Notes under the pieces: model-generated
Told to the model about the DNA's origin: nothing
Database searches by the model: none
What the model saw: only the letters and a program-made list of their open reading frames with translations
From: a virus
Virus record (IMG/VR): IMGVR_UViG_3300027850_000002
Location: 64,001-128,000 of that record
Direction: 5' to 3' (one strand)
Length of the DNA stretch: 64,000 nt
Shown here: positions 44,398 through 53,643 of the stretch, piece after piece
How positions within the stretch are numbered: the first letter of the stretch is position 1
Layout: each line of letters starts with the position of its first letter
Program-made: the position numbers and the translations under genes

Positions 44398-44862
44398 ATG
44401 ATCCTGAACAGCAAGTTCGACGTTCTGCGCGGTTGGCCCCGTGAAGGCGCAATCGACGAGTCCTTCACCATCAAACAGACCGTGCCCGGAACGGATGACC
44501 TGCTGCCACTCGGCACGGTCATCTCCGTTACCGCGACCGGCGTCGTTGCAGTGACTTCCACGCCAAATCGTGCAACGACCAACCCCGTTGCAACATGGGT
44601 CGTGGTCGCCGGCAACGACGACTTCTCGAGCCAGTTCGTCCACAAGGTTGTGGCGCTCCGCAGCAATGCAGAGTTCAAGCTGGACCCAGCGAACTTCAAC
44701 GCAGGTGTCTACACCCCGGGCACCAAGCTGACGTTCAGCGCCGGCAAGTGGCAGCCCGCCGTCGCGGGCAACCAGATCATCGGTGAGGTCCTCCAGGACA
44801 ACACCGCGACCGACGGCACGATCGTCGTGTTCTACACCGGCGGCGACGCCGCGGCCCTCTGA
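44398..44862 (+). CDS. Probable capsid decoration/cement protein
   Basis: Beta-rich 154 aa directly upstream of MCP; GGAGG SD; YTPGTKLT...G. Confidence 0.55.
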   Translation: MILNSKFDVLRGWPREGAIDESFTIKQTVPGTDDLLPLGTVISVTATGVVAVTSTPNRATTNPVATWVVVAGNDDFSSQFVHKVVALRSNAEFKLDPANFNAGVYTPGTKLTFSAGKWQPAVAGNQIIGEVLQDNTATDGTIVVFYTGGDAAAL

Positions 44863-44889
44863 GCCCTGGACTAAGGAGAACCACACAAC

Positions 44890-45828
44890 ATGTCGGCAGC
44901 GTACAAAACTCAGACCCAGCAGGTCTCGGCTCAGTTCATCAACTCCAACTTCGTCCGTAAGGTCGAGGACGGTCGCACCAAGGAGGCGGAGGCCGAGGGC
45001 ACCGCCTTCATCCGCCAGAAGCTCCGTCAGGAATCCTTCGCGCGCGAGATCATCGAGCCAGTCATGCTGGCGGACGATGAGATCGACCGCGACGAGAACA
45101 CGGATCAGCCCAAGAAGATCGTCGAGAAGGAGCCCGACTCCGTCGCCACGTTCGTGCCGTTCAACGGTACGGCGCAGCGCACGTGGTTCCGTGGCAAGCG
45201 CTTCTCGGTCTTCTTCGGCAAGACCGAGTCGCAGCGGTTCACCAAGAACAAGTTCGAGCTGATGACGTATCAGAACGACATCCGCAAGATCCTCTCCGAC
45301 AACTCGGTGAAGGACATGTCGGACCAGGAAGACCAGAAGTTCCTGGACACCATCAACGCGATCATCGCGTTGAACCTCGCGACGCAGCGCACCCTCGCGG
45401 GCGCGTTCAACTCGAGCGCGTTCAAGCAAGGCTTCCAGGCGCTCGTCAATCGGAAGCAGCCAATCGGCAAGCTCCTGATGTCGAAGTCGACGTACTACGA
45501 GGCCCTCGACCTGCCGGCGACCGCCGTCGGTAACGACGTGGCGTCGCGGCACTACGACGTGGGCATCGAGGCCGAGGAGAAGCTGTGGGGCATCCCCGTG
45601 GTTTCGACCATCAAGCGTGAGATCGTCGACGACGTCGCCGGTGCCACCCGCCGCTCGGTCTACGTGTTCGCGCCGCAGAACTACCTCGGCGTGTTCTTCC
45701 TGCTGCAGGACGCAACCCTGTACATCAAGCAGGAAGCCGACATCATCGAGTTCTGGAGCTACGCAGCCCCGGGCATCGGGATCGGCAACACGCTCGCGTC
45801 GCAGCGTATCGACCTGCCGTTCGCCTGA
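44890..45828 (+). CDS. Major capsid protein
   Basis: 312 aa, TAAGGAG SD, strongly biased codons, follows protease/scaffold/decoration; LWGIPVV and VYVFAP resemble HK97-fold C-terminal strands. Confidence 0.75.
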   Translation: MSAAYKTQTQQVSAQFINSNFVRKVEDGRTKEAEAEGTAFIRQKLRQESFAREIIEPVMLADDEIDRDENTDQPKKIVEKEPDSVATFVPFNGTAQRTWFRGKRFSVFFGKTESQRFTKNKFELMTYQNDIRKILSDNSVKDMSDQEDQKFLDTINAIIALNLATQRTLAGAFNSSAFKQGFQALVNRKQPIGKLLMSKSTYYEALDLPATAVGNDVASRHYDVGIEAEEKLWGIPVVSTIKREIVDDVAGATRRSVYVFAPQNYLGVFFLLQDATLYIKQEADIIEFWSYAAPGIGIGNTLASQRIDLPFA

Positions 45829-45855
45829 ACAGCGTCCCTAACCCAGGGTAGGCTG

Positions 45856-45898
45856 AGGCCTTCTTCCTCCCTTGTTTGGGGATTCAGGAAGAGGGCCT
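45856..45898 (+). other. Long GC-rich RNA hairpin after MCP (no U-tract)
   Basis: AGGCCTTCTTCCT (45856-68) pairs with AGGAAGAGGGCCT (45886-98), one G-U. Confidence 0.6.
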
Positions 45899-45923
45899 TC
45901 GTCGTTTCACCATTGGAGACTTC

Positions 45924-46361
45924 ATGTCGAACAAGATCATCAAGAACACACAAGAGAGCACCCTTGACCTTACGCCGATGCGAGACGTCTTCGATGTCGT
46001 CCTCGTCCTGCGTCCGAAAGGAACGCCCGGCGACTCGCGCGAGATCTCCGAGGAGACTGCGAACGATGAAGTGGTCGCACGTGTTCTGGGAGCCCGCTGG
46101 GTGACCCTCAGCGACGCGACCTCGACCGCTGTCGCTGAGATCACCGTCGCCCCGCCCGTTGCGGAAGTCGTGACACCCGTCGACACCGCACCGATGTTCG
46201 AGGAGCCCAAGGCCGAAGAGTCCAAGGCGGAGCCGGAGCCGGTCGCCGAGGAGCCCAAGACCGAAGTGCCGACGGAAGCTGCGACGGTGTCTGAGACGCC
46301 GGTCGAGCCCAGCAGCCGTACGTTTCCCGCCGAGCCGCCACACAAGTCCAAGCGCCGCTAA
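45924..46361 (+). CDS. Hypothetical protein with Glu/Pro-rich tail
   Basis: GGAG SD then MSNKIIK. Confidence 0.7.
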   Translation: MSNKIIKNTQESTLDLTPMRDVFDVVLVLRPKGTPGDSREISEETANDEVVARVLGARWVTLSDATSTAVAEITVAPPVAEVVTPVDTAPMFEEPKAEESKAEPEPVAEEPKTEVPTEAATVSETPVEPSSRTFPAEPPHKSKRR

Positions 46362-46419
46362 GTCTTCGGCTACAATAGAGGCACGTCATGTTTAGCCTCG
46401 AGAGGACGTTCACACGCTA

Positions 46420-46899
46420 ATGCCGGTCATTGGAACACCGACGACGCCGACGGTGGTCTCAAAGGACCAAGTCCGCATGTTCATGCGTGACTATGCGAAC
46501 AACAACATCCTCCTCGACGATGTACAGTTCACCGATAAAGAACTGAACCTGGCGCTAGCCATGGCGACGAGTGCGTTCAATACCGTCACTCCCCAGACGA
46601 ACTTCACACCGTCGACATTTCCTCCGCAGCTGATGTACCTCCTGCTCATTGGTACGGTTCGATTCCTGCTCATGAGCGAGTCGTTCATGCAGGCAAGAAA
46701 CCAGGCGACCGTGCAGGACGGTGACATCTCACCAATCGGCATTTCAGATAAGGCCCAGCTGTATTCGTCGCTGGCGCAACAACTCAAGGCCGAGTGGGAT
46801 GAACTAACACGCGGTGTGAAGACGCAGAACAACATGGAAGCGGCCTACGCTTCATTGGGTTCTGGGTACCGAAACACGTCGCGGTTCAATCACTCGTGA
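46420..46899 (+). CDS. Probable head-tail adaptor/neck protein
   Basis: VRMFMRD...QFTDKEL helical pattern; position after MCP. Confidence 0.6.
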   Translation: MPVIGTPTTPTVVSKDQVRMFMRDYANNNILLDDVQFTDKELNLALAMATSAFNTVTPQTNFTPSTFPPQLMYLLLIGTVRFLLMSESFMQARNQATVQDGDISPIGISDKAQLYSSLAQQLKAEWDELTRGVKTQNNMEAAYASLGSGYRNTSRFNHS

Positions 46900-47165
46900 C
46901 CGTTCGCGCGTCATACGTGTGCGGACGGAATGCAGCGCTCGCACGGTTCAAGCTCGCAGGTACGATGGGTGCGAGCATCGGCGTCCAGCCAAAAGGTCCC
47001 GAGGTCAGCCACGGCACGGATCGCACGCAGTACCCGCCACAATCCGGCGGCACCAGTGCAGCACGTTCGAACATGCCTGATTGGTTGTGGGACCACTTCA
47101 CATCCTACGACAAGGTCGCGCCAGGGCGCGCGGATGGTACGTACGGACAAGAAGTCATCGGGTAA
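46896..47165 (+). CDS. Small protein with shared N-terminal signal motif
   Basis: ASYVCGRNAALARFKLAG. Confidence 0.7.
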   Translation: MTVRASYVCGRNAALARFKLAGTMGASIGVQPKGPEVSHGTDRTQYPPQSGGTSAARSNMPDWLWDHFTSYDKVAPGRADGTYGQEVIG

Positions 47166-47171
47166 AATTCG

Positions 47172-47181
47172 CCCTATAATT
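47172..47181 (+). promoter_or_regulatory. CCCTATAATT element, leaderless configuration
   Basis: TATAAT 47175-47180, 6 nt before ATG 47187. Confidence 0.65.
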
Positions 47182-47186
47182 CAACC

Positions 47187-47363
47187 ATGTCGAACCACCT
47201 GAAGACCGCACACGAGTACGGCGTCCAGAAGGCGCTCGAGAACGTCGGATACAAGAGCGCGGAGGAAGTCCGCCGCGATGCCGAGGCGCTCGGCATTCTC
47301 GAGCAGCCGACGAAGACGGCATCGACCTCGCTCGACGACCTGTTCCGCGCGCTCCAGAAGTAA
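47187..47363 (+). CDS. 58-aa protein with shared signal motif (not in ORF track)
   Basis: MSNHLKTAHEYGVQKALENVGYKSAEEVRRDAEALGILEQPTKTASTSLDDLFRALQK. Confidence 0.75.
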   Translation: MSNHLKTAHEYGVQKALENVGYKSAEEVRRDAEALGILEQPTKTASTSLDDLFRALQK

Positions 47364-47371
47364 ACACACCC

Positions 47372-47767
47372 ATGTCGCTGTTGCGCCAAAGGTCGGCTGA
47401 GGGCGGGCGCGCAGCGCTCGCGGCCTTTGGCGTGGTTAAGACTGCGACGGGGTTCAAGCAACCGGGGTTCAAGTCCGTCGGAATCCTACTTCCGAAGGCT
47501 GCGGATCTTCCGCCGATCCCACCGCCAAGCGTGCCTTCGCCGCTCGGTATTGGTAGGATCGAGAGCAACTACGACTTCGTACCCAAGGTCGCCTTCAACG
47601 TCGGAATGGGGGCTTCGACTTCCACTGACGGAGCGGGCGCTCAGCGGGGAGTTCCAGCGGATACGGGACGTCGTCAACGCAGCGTCATCGACCGGGCGTT
47701 CCAACGCAACGAAGACGATTACGCAACAAGCAGCATGCCGTTGCCAGGGGACGTTGTCGCGCCATGA
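47372..47767 (+). CDS. Protein with shared N-terminal signal motif
   Basis: RSAEGGRAALAAFGVVKTA; PKAAD, PKVAF. Confidence 0.7.
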   Translation: MSLLRQRSAEGGRAALAAFGVVKTATGFKQPGFKSVGILLPKAADLPPIPPPSVPSPLGIGRIESNYDFVPKVAFNVGMGASTSTDGAGAQRGVPADTGRRQRSVIDRAFQRNEDDYATSSMPLPGDVVAP

Positions 47768-48561
47768 CGCTCGAACTCATCTACGCAAATGGGCAGCTCG
47801 CGGCACTCGAACGCTACAAGCTCGGATTCCCCGCGCACCCAACGGTCGCGAACAGCGCCGTGCTGACGACGAAGAAAACTTCACCGACACTGCCCGCTGC
47901 AGCACAGCAGGGGATGGCGCCACCATCAACGCCCATGGGCCTCTCTCAGATCTTCGATGCGCACGAACAAGGTGAAACGCGCTCGGAACCTCGGCGCAAG
48001 CTGTCGGCCGATAATCTATGCACGTCGTGCCGAAGGATGAAGCACTACGGCAAATGCAGTCGTCCGCGTGCGATTCCCGAGAAGGCCGCTGATTTAAACA
48101 TCGGGATGCAGGGCTACAGCCCTGAACAGGGCAACAACCCATCCACGAGCCCTAACTACCGCTCAGCGGTCAGCTCGATCAGCTCGCTCACGCGCGCGTT
48201 AGAGGGTCGCCCCGCCGATGAGCAGGCAGCATCTGGGTTCGCGGACCTGTACCGCGGGGGCGGGATTTCGAACATGGCGGATGAGCCGGGCCAGATGTCG
48301 GGCAGCCTCGCCAAAGTCGCGAACAAGCTCAGCGCCTTCATGTTGCCCGACGCAGGGCTCCATTCGATGCACGAGCAGCGGGGACCGACCGTGAACCCGT
48401 ACGAAGAGCAGCGAACACGGATGGGAGCGCCTGTCGGCTTCGGCGACGAGGGGCTGCAACGCATCAATCGGGCCTTCAATCAGATCGACCACGCGGCCGA
48501 CACCACGAACATCGGGGGCGGCGCCGGCGATCCAGAGCCAGGGCCGGCGGTCCTTGGCTGA
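47764..48561 (+). CDS. Protein with shared N-terminal signal motif and small CxxC-H-C cluster
   Basis: LIYANGQLAALERYKLG; RKLS/..CTSC..KHYGKC..EKAA; AKVAN. Confidence 0.7.
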   Translation: MTLELIYANGQLAALERYKLGFPAHPTVANSAVLTTKKTSPTLPAAAQQGMAPPSTPMGLSQIFDAHEQGETRSEPRRKLSADNLCTSCRRMKHYGKCSRPRAIPEKAADLNIGMQGYSPEQGNNPSTSPNYRSAVSSISSLTRALEGRPADEQAASGFADLYRGGGISNMADEPGQMSGSLAKVANKLSAFMLPDAGLHSMHEQRGPTVNPYEEQRTRMGAPVGFGDEGLQRINRAFNQIDHAADTTNIGGGAGDPEPGPAVLG

Positions 48562-49396
48562 AGTTCACATCACGCGAACTACCGCACTGTTTCCGAGCGC
48601 CGTGTTCGTGCAATGGAACGTGGAATCGGAGGAGAGTGGAGCGTTCTTCGTCGATGTTGCGCGATCCGAGAGTCCCGACGGCCCATGGGAATACATCGCG
48701 ACAGGTCTTCGTGAAGCGTACAACTTCGTCGACGATCAGTTCAACCTGCCTCCAGCAGACCCGCGGAACGCAGGTCGCGAGGGCTTGAACCTGTTCTCGC
48801 TCGCGCGTGCGGTCTACTACCAAATTACAGTGACGCCGCCGTCGGGCTCCGCGAACGCGTTTCACAGCCACGCGGAACCTGTCGAACCTGGACTTGACCG
48901 ACGCACACGTTTGTTCAAACGCAAAATCCTCCACGATCAAGCGGTCGGATACCGACGTCTAAACGGGATCCCACTCATCGTGTTGAAACGTCGTCGCTGG
49001 GGTGACCGTTGTCCGAAATGCTACGACCCCGTGACACGGGAATCGACACTCGAGCACTGCTTGACGTGCTTTGGAACGACGTTCGTCGGAGGCTACTGGA
49101 CTCCGACGCCGATCCGCGGACGTCGTGAAGCAGCGACGGTCGAAACGAACATCACGGCACATGGCGATAGCGACGTGAAGTTCAACGACTTCAATATCCT
49201 TGACTACCCTCTTGTCGAATACAAAGACATCATTGTTGATGTCGTACGGAATGAACGCTACCAAGTTCAACGCGTTCACCCTACAGAACTGAAAAGCGTC
49301 ACGGTACACCAGAAACTAACGACGTCTCTACTCGGTCACAACTCGATTGAATACAAGCTGCTCGTGGACCTGACGGCAACGCCGTCTCTGTACTAA
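48554..49396 (+). CDS. Probable neck/head-closure protein (Ig-like N-terminus, Zn ribbon)
   Basis: RCPKCYD...CLTCFGTTFVGGY; position before sheath. Confidence 0.55.
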   Translation: MAEVHITRTTALFPSAVFVQWNVESEESGAFFVDVARSESPDGPWEYIATGLREAYNFVDDQFNLPPADPRNAGREGLNLFSLARAVYYQITVTPPSGSANAFHSHAEPVEPGLDRRTRLFKRKILHDQAVGYRRLNGIPLIVLKRRRWGDRCPKCYDPVTRESTLEHCLTCFGTTFVGGYWTPTPIRGRREAATVETNITAHGDSDVKFNDFNILDYPLVEYKDIIVDVVRNERYQVQRVHPTELKSVTVHQKLTTSLLGHNSIEYKLLVDLTATPSLY

Positions 49397-49399
49397 CCC

Positions 49400-50107
49400 A
49401 TGGCCGACAACTATCCCAAGTACGTACCGGACCCGAAGGTAGTACCTTCACCGGAAGAAACGCAGCAAGTCAGCATCCGTCCTGGGTCAAAACTTGCGGT
49501 GTTGGGAGTATTTGTCGAAATCATCCGAAGGCGTTTCGGGCGAGACATCGTGGGGGATGAATTCCAGTGGCGCTGGGACTCAGATATCAAGGTCACAAAG
49601 CTAGCCGTCGAGAGCGCGTTCAACGAAGACAAAACGCACCGGAACTTCCGTCCTGCCGTCTACGTGGATTGTGACGACCAGACGATGGGCCGTGTCGTAC
49701 TCGGAGACCGGGCGGGTCTCAACCTCAAGACCGGGCTTGAAGGCTTCTGGAATCTGCAAACGGTTCCAATCCTGATCGAGTGCGTCACGGGAAAGCGCGC
49801 AGAGAGTGCTGCACTCGGCGACATCATCGGAATTTTCTTGCAGGCCTCGAGTGACCTCATCCAAGGCAAGTTCGGTTTCCACGACATGACGCCTGTTACG
49901 GTTGGACGAACACAGCCAGCGCAGCGCGACAAAGACCAATGGGTGACGTCCGTGACTTTCGTGGTGCAGTACCCGCAGCGTTGGACGAATGCTCCAACGG
50001 CACCGCTGCTGCGAGAGCTGGAGATGGATATCTCCCGTTCCGGTGCAGAATCAGCGACCGAGTTCTTCGAGTCTATCGCCCTGTCTTGGCAGGACGTGCC
50101 CGAGTAG
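49400..50107 (+). CDS. Probable tail terminator/neck protein
   Basis: RPAVYV motif; immediately upstream of sheath. Confidence 0.5.
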   Translation: MADNYPKYVPDPKVVPSPEETQQVSIRPGSKLAVLGVFVEIIRRRFGRDIVGDEFQWRWDSDIKVTKLAVESAFNEDKTHRNFRPAVYVDCDDQTMGRVVLGDRAGLNLKTGLEGFWNLQTVPILIECVTGKRAESAALGDIIGIFLQASSDLIQGKFGFHDMTPVTVGRTQPAQRDKDQWVTSVTFVVQYPQRWTNAPTAPLLRELEMDISRSGAESATEFFESIALSWQDVPE

Positions 50108-50136
50108 GGCCCTTCGTCGTGTTTCGTTGCCCAACA

Positions 50137-50146
50137 CCCTATAATT
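50137..50146 (+). promoter_or_regulatory. CCCTATAATT element upstream of sheath
   Basis: TATAAT 50140-50145, then GGAG SD and ATG 50178. Confidence 0.65.
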
Positions 50147-50177
50147 TCCGCAACCCTATGGACTCGGAGAACTGATC

Positions 50178-52571
50178 ATGGCCATCCGACCTGTCGTACT
50201 TGTTTACCAGGACCTGGCCACGCCGACGATTACGCCGACGTCGCCAGACCTGAACTGTTTGGTCGTTGGTCCGGCGTTTTGGATCCAGGACTACTTCCAA
50301 CCCGGCACCACCGACTACGCAGACAAGGCCGATATTCAGGTCACGTCTGCGTACGGTGCGCTGGAAACCAGCCCCGCTGCAGCGTTGCCGACGGGGGCCG
50401 CCGTGATCACGGTGGCATCGCCGCCAAACAACGCGGTGGGAGCGCTACTCGACGGAGACAGCGTCCAGATCTACTTCGACCAGGCCCGTGTTCGCATCGC
50501 GGGCAAAGGCGTCGACGTTGGTGGCGGCGTTCAAGGAACGACCACGGTCCTGACGCCGAACGTGTTCGACACGGCCGAGGGAACTCCGACCACGTTCGCG
50601 ACGCCTGGTCCCGGTCGTGCTCTTCCCGGTGACCGTTTGGTCATCGTGGATGCAGGCGCAGTCGTCATCGCGCGCACCGTGCTCACGGTTGTTACGGACA
50701 CGCAGCTGCTGCTCACGTCGGATGTGACCGGCGGTACGTTCGTGCCCGCGGCGAACCAGAGCTGGTACATCGAGCGCCAGGTCAACGACATCCAGATCAA
50801 CTCGTCGTTCGTTTCCAGCACCGGAAACATCGTGAAGATCGCTGGTGGCGTCACGCTCCCCGTCACCGGCCAGGGCAGCAAGCCCGTGTCGTACGCGGTC
50901 GTGTACGAGGCGTATCGCAGCCTCCAGCAGTCGCTGGTCGATCTCGACACCGTCGAGTCGCTGGTGGACATCGAGTCGAAGATCGGTCGTGTCGACGCGC
51001 GCAACCCACTCGCGACGGGTGCCTTCGTGGCGCTTCAAAACACGACGTCCGTCGTTCAGTTCATCGGTGTCGTGTCGGACGATCTCCAGGGACATGTGTC
51101 CGTGCGAGACCATCTCTCGGCGCGACCCGACGTCTACGCCATCGTTCCGATGACGACGGACATTTCCATCTTCGTGATGTGGAATGTCGACTGTGTCGGT
51201 CTCGCACTGCCCGACAACGTTCGCGGCCGTCCGCAGCGTTTCCGTGTCGTGATCGGTAGCGGCACGCTGCCCGTCACTAAGACGATCATCGAGCCTTCGG
51301 CCACCGGCCAGTCCGTGCAGCTCGCGGCCAGCGCGCCCACGGCAATCACCCGCCTCACGCTGACCGGCACGCTGAGCTTGGTCACGAACGGCGTGATTCC
51401 GGGCGACGTCCTGAGCGTCACCGTCACCAGCGCTGCGGGTGTTGTTGCGCTCGGTCTGTACCCGATCGGTGCCGTCGAAAATGCGACGATCGTCGAGGTC
51501 GACACAACGTCGCCCTTCGCGAGCGCCGGTGTCGCCAACATCAGCGTCACGATCTTCGAAGCGGACGGTGTGACGGTTCGTCTCGCGTCACAGGCACTGG
51601 TCGGCACAGTCACCGCGACGAGCGACGACCTCTATCTGATCCTCAAGGATCCGAGCGGGACGTTCGTCGTGAGCGGTGTTGTAGCCGGTGATCTCATCAA
51701 GATCCCCGTCGACCCGAACGCGGCCATCGACGACAACAGCGTGTTCGTCACCCTTGTGGTGAACAACATCATCAGCGACCAACGCTTGCAGCTCGTAAAT
51801 AACGGGCAGGACTTGTCGACGGCTCAAAATGAGCTGCCGCACGGCGTGAAGCGAACCGGCAGCGCTCTTGTCGGCCTGACGACGATCAACTACCAAGTCG
51901 TGCGTACGCTGTCGAAAAGCCAGCAGGTGACCGAGCTGGTTGCGGTTGCGCAGTCGTTCAACTCCAAGCGCACGATTCTCGTGTGGCCGGATCGTTGTGA
52001 TGTCGCAGGCGTGACCGGCGGCAACAACCAGCCGGGCTACTACCTCGCAGCGGCAGTTGGCGGCATGACTGCAGGTCTGCCGTCGCAGCAGGGGTTCACG
52101 AACCTCGGCATCGCCGGCGTCAGTCAGATCTTCAACTCAAACACGTACTTCACGGACACCCAGCTCACTGACATCTCGAACGGCGGTTGGTACGTGTTCG
52201 CGCAGCAGACGACGACGTCGTTGCCGTACACCATCCACCAGCTCACGACGGATCCTTCGACGCTCGAGTCGGGCGAATTCTCGGTCGTCAAGAACTTCGA
52301 CTTCGTGTCGCTGTTCTTCGTCGACATCGTCGAGGACTTCCTCGGTCAGTACAACGTCACGGTCGACACGCTGACGTTGCTCGGCGCCGCGCTCAACACG
52401 GGAGCGCAGCTTCTCTTGCTGCGTACCGTTGCGAAGATCGGCGCACCGCTGACCTCGTTCACGCTCACCGGCATCAACGTCTCGCCGGCGTCGGCAGACC
52501 GTGTGCTCGTGTACTGCGCAATCGGTCTACCGAAGCCGCTCAACGTCATCGAACTCCACCTGGTGGCATAA
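50178..52571 (+). CDS. Contractile tail sheath protein
   Basis: N-terminal RPVVLVYQD; GYYLAAAVGG..AG; HQLTTD..EFSVVKNFDFV; C-terminal PKPLNVIEL. Confidence 0.85.
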   Translation: MAIRPVVLVYQDLATPTITPTSPDLNCLVVGPAFWIQDYFQPGTTDYADKADIQVTSAYGALETSPAAALPTGAAVITVASPPNNAVGALLDGDSVQIYFDQARVRIAGKGVDVGGGVQGTTTVLTPNVFDTAEGTPTTFATPGPGRALPGDRLVIVDAGAVVIARTVLTVVTDTQLLLTSDVTGGTFVPAANQSWYIERQVNDIQINSSFVSSTGNIVKIAGGVTLPVTGQGSKPVSYAVVYEAYRSLQQSLVDLDTVESLVDIESKIGRVDARNPLATGAFVALQNTTSVVQFIGVVSDDLQGHVSVRDHLSARPDVYAIVPMTTDISIFVMWNVDCVGLALPDNVRGRPQRFRVVIGSGTLPVTKTIIEPSATGQSVQLAASAPTAITRLTLTGTLSLVTNGVIPGDVLSVTVTSAAGVVALGLYPIGAVENATIVEVDTTSPFASAGVANISVTIFEADGVTVRLASQALVGTVTATSDDLYLILKDPSGTFVVSGVVAGDLIKIPVDPNAAIDDNSVFVTLVVNNIISDQRLQLVNNGQDLSTAQNELPHGVKRTGSALVGLTTINYQVVRTLSKSQQVTELVAVAQSFNSKRTILVWPDRCDVAGVTGGNNQPGYYLAAAVGGMTAGLPSQQGFTNLGIAGVSQIFNSNTYFTDTQLTDISNGGWYVFAQQTTTSLPYTIHQLTTDPSTLESGEFSVVKNFDFVSLFFVDIVEDFLGQYNVTVDTLTLLGAALNTGAQLLLLRTVAKIGAPLTSFTLTGINVSPASADRVLVYCAIGLPKPLNVIELHLVA

Positions 52572-52573
52572 CC

Positions 52574-53026
52574 GTGTCGGACTCCTTTTTCGACAAGTTC
52601 ATCGCTGACCTCGTGAAAGGTGCCAACACCAACTCGAGGGAGAATGGCGGGCCCGGCGTGAACATCATCGTGGCGCGCGAAAACCACGGATGTGAAGAGA
52701 AACTCGCGAGCGAGAAGCTTGGAACGATCGCAGACGCCTATGCCAACGGTGCAACGGCAGCTGCTGCGGCGTTCGGAGTCAAGGAAGCGTTTCTCCCGGC
52801 GCTCCTTCCGCTCGCTGGTTCTCTGCTTGGAGGCACTGCGCTCCGTGCCGGTGCGGGCGCCGTCGCCAAAGGGGCGATGGGTCGCGGTGCAGCCGGTCTT
52901 GCTTCCAAGGTGGTGCCGAAGATGACGGGCGGCATCGGTGGCGCAGCCACGGACATGGCAGGTTCGATGGTAGGCGGTGCCATCGGCAACAAGCTCGCGC
53001 CGCAGCCGCAGCAGCAGCCGCAATAG
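52574..53026 (+). CDS. Signal-motif protein with amphipathic/glycine-zipper C-terminal part
   Basis: EKLAS, EKLG, DAYANGATAAAAAFGVKEA/FLPALLPLAGSLLGG. Confidence 0.7.
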   Translation: MSDSFFDKFIADLVKGANTNSRENGGPGVNIIVARENHGCEEKLASEKLGTIADAYANGATAAAAAFGVKEAFLPALLPLAGSLLGGTALRAGAGAVAKGAMGRGAAGLASKVVPKMTGGIGGAATDMAGSMVGGAIGNKLAPQPQQQPQ

Positions 53027-53034
53027 ATGAACTG

Positions 53035-53634
53035 ATGAGCGTCGAACGTTTCAAGATCAAGACCGCAAGCTTCGCTTCCGTGTTCCCGTCAGTGGCGGGA
53101 CCTGCGGTAGGCGGCTTTGTGGGCTATGGCCTGGGACGTCGATACGGCAACCCAGAACTGGGTGCGTTGCTCGGCACGCTCACCATGGGCACTGCAGGCA
53201 AGCTTCTCGGCGAGAAGGTCCAGCAGGCAGAGGCGCAGGCACAGGCGGTTCCGCCAGGTGCGCCCTTCGATCTCGACGCTACGTCCCAAGACATTCCGGC
53301 GTGGGCGCTGCAGGGTGCGCACCTACTACAGCCACAGATAAAGCAGTCTGGGCACTTCGACGACATCGTAGGCAGCGACATGATGGGCGCCGCATGGCCG
53401 GTCGTCGAAGGTGTTCGCGAACACCAGCCGGCAGGGCAAATCGCGAAAAATGTTGCTGGTCAGGGTCTCGGAACTTTGGGCGGCGGACTGGTCGGACACG
53501 GACTCGGTGCACTCATCAACAATGCCGCGGGACACCAGGTCCCCGGTATTCTCGGCGTTCCTCTTTCAACCCTGTTAACTGGTCTTGGCGCTACAATCGG
53601 TAACGTCAAGGGCCTCGATTTCGCACGCAAGTAA
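53035..53634 (+). CDS. Glycine-zipper protein
   Basis: ERFKIKTAS then GPAVGGFVGYGLG; second unit after IKQS with GLGTLGGGLVGHGLG. Confidence 0.7.
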   Translation: MSVERFKIKTASFASVFPSVAGPAVGGFVGYGLGRRYGNPELGALLGTLTMGTAGKLLGEKVQQAEAQAQAVPPGAPFDLDATSQDIPAWALQGAHLLQPQIKQSGHFDDIVGSDMMGAAWPVVEGVREHQPAGQIAKNVAGQGLGTLGGGLVGHGLGALINNAAGHQVPGILGVPLSTLLTGLGATIGNVKGLDFARK

Positions 53635-53643
53635 GGAGCAACC

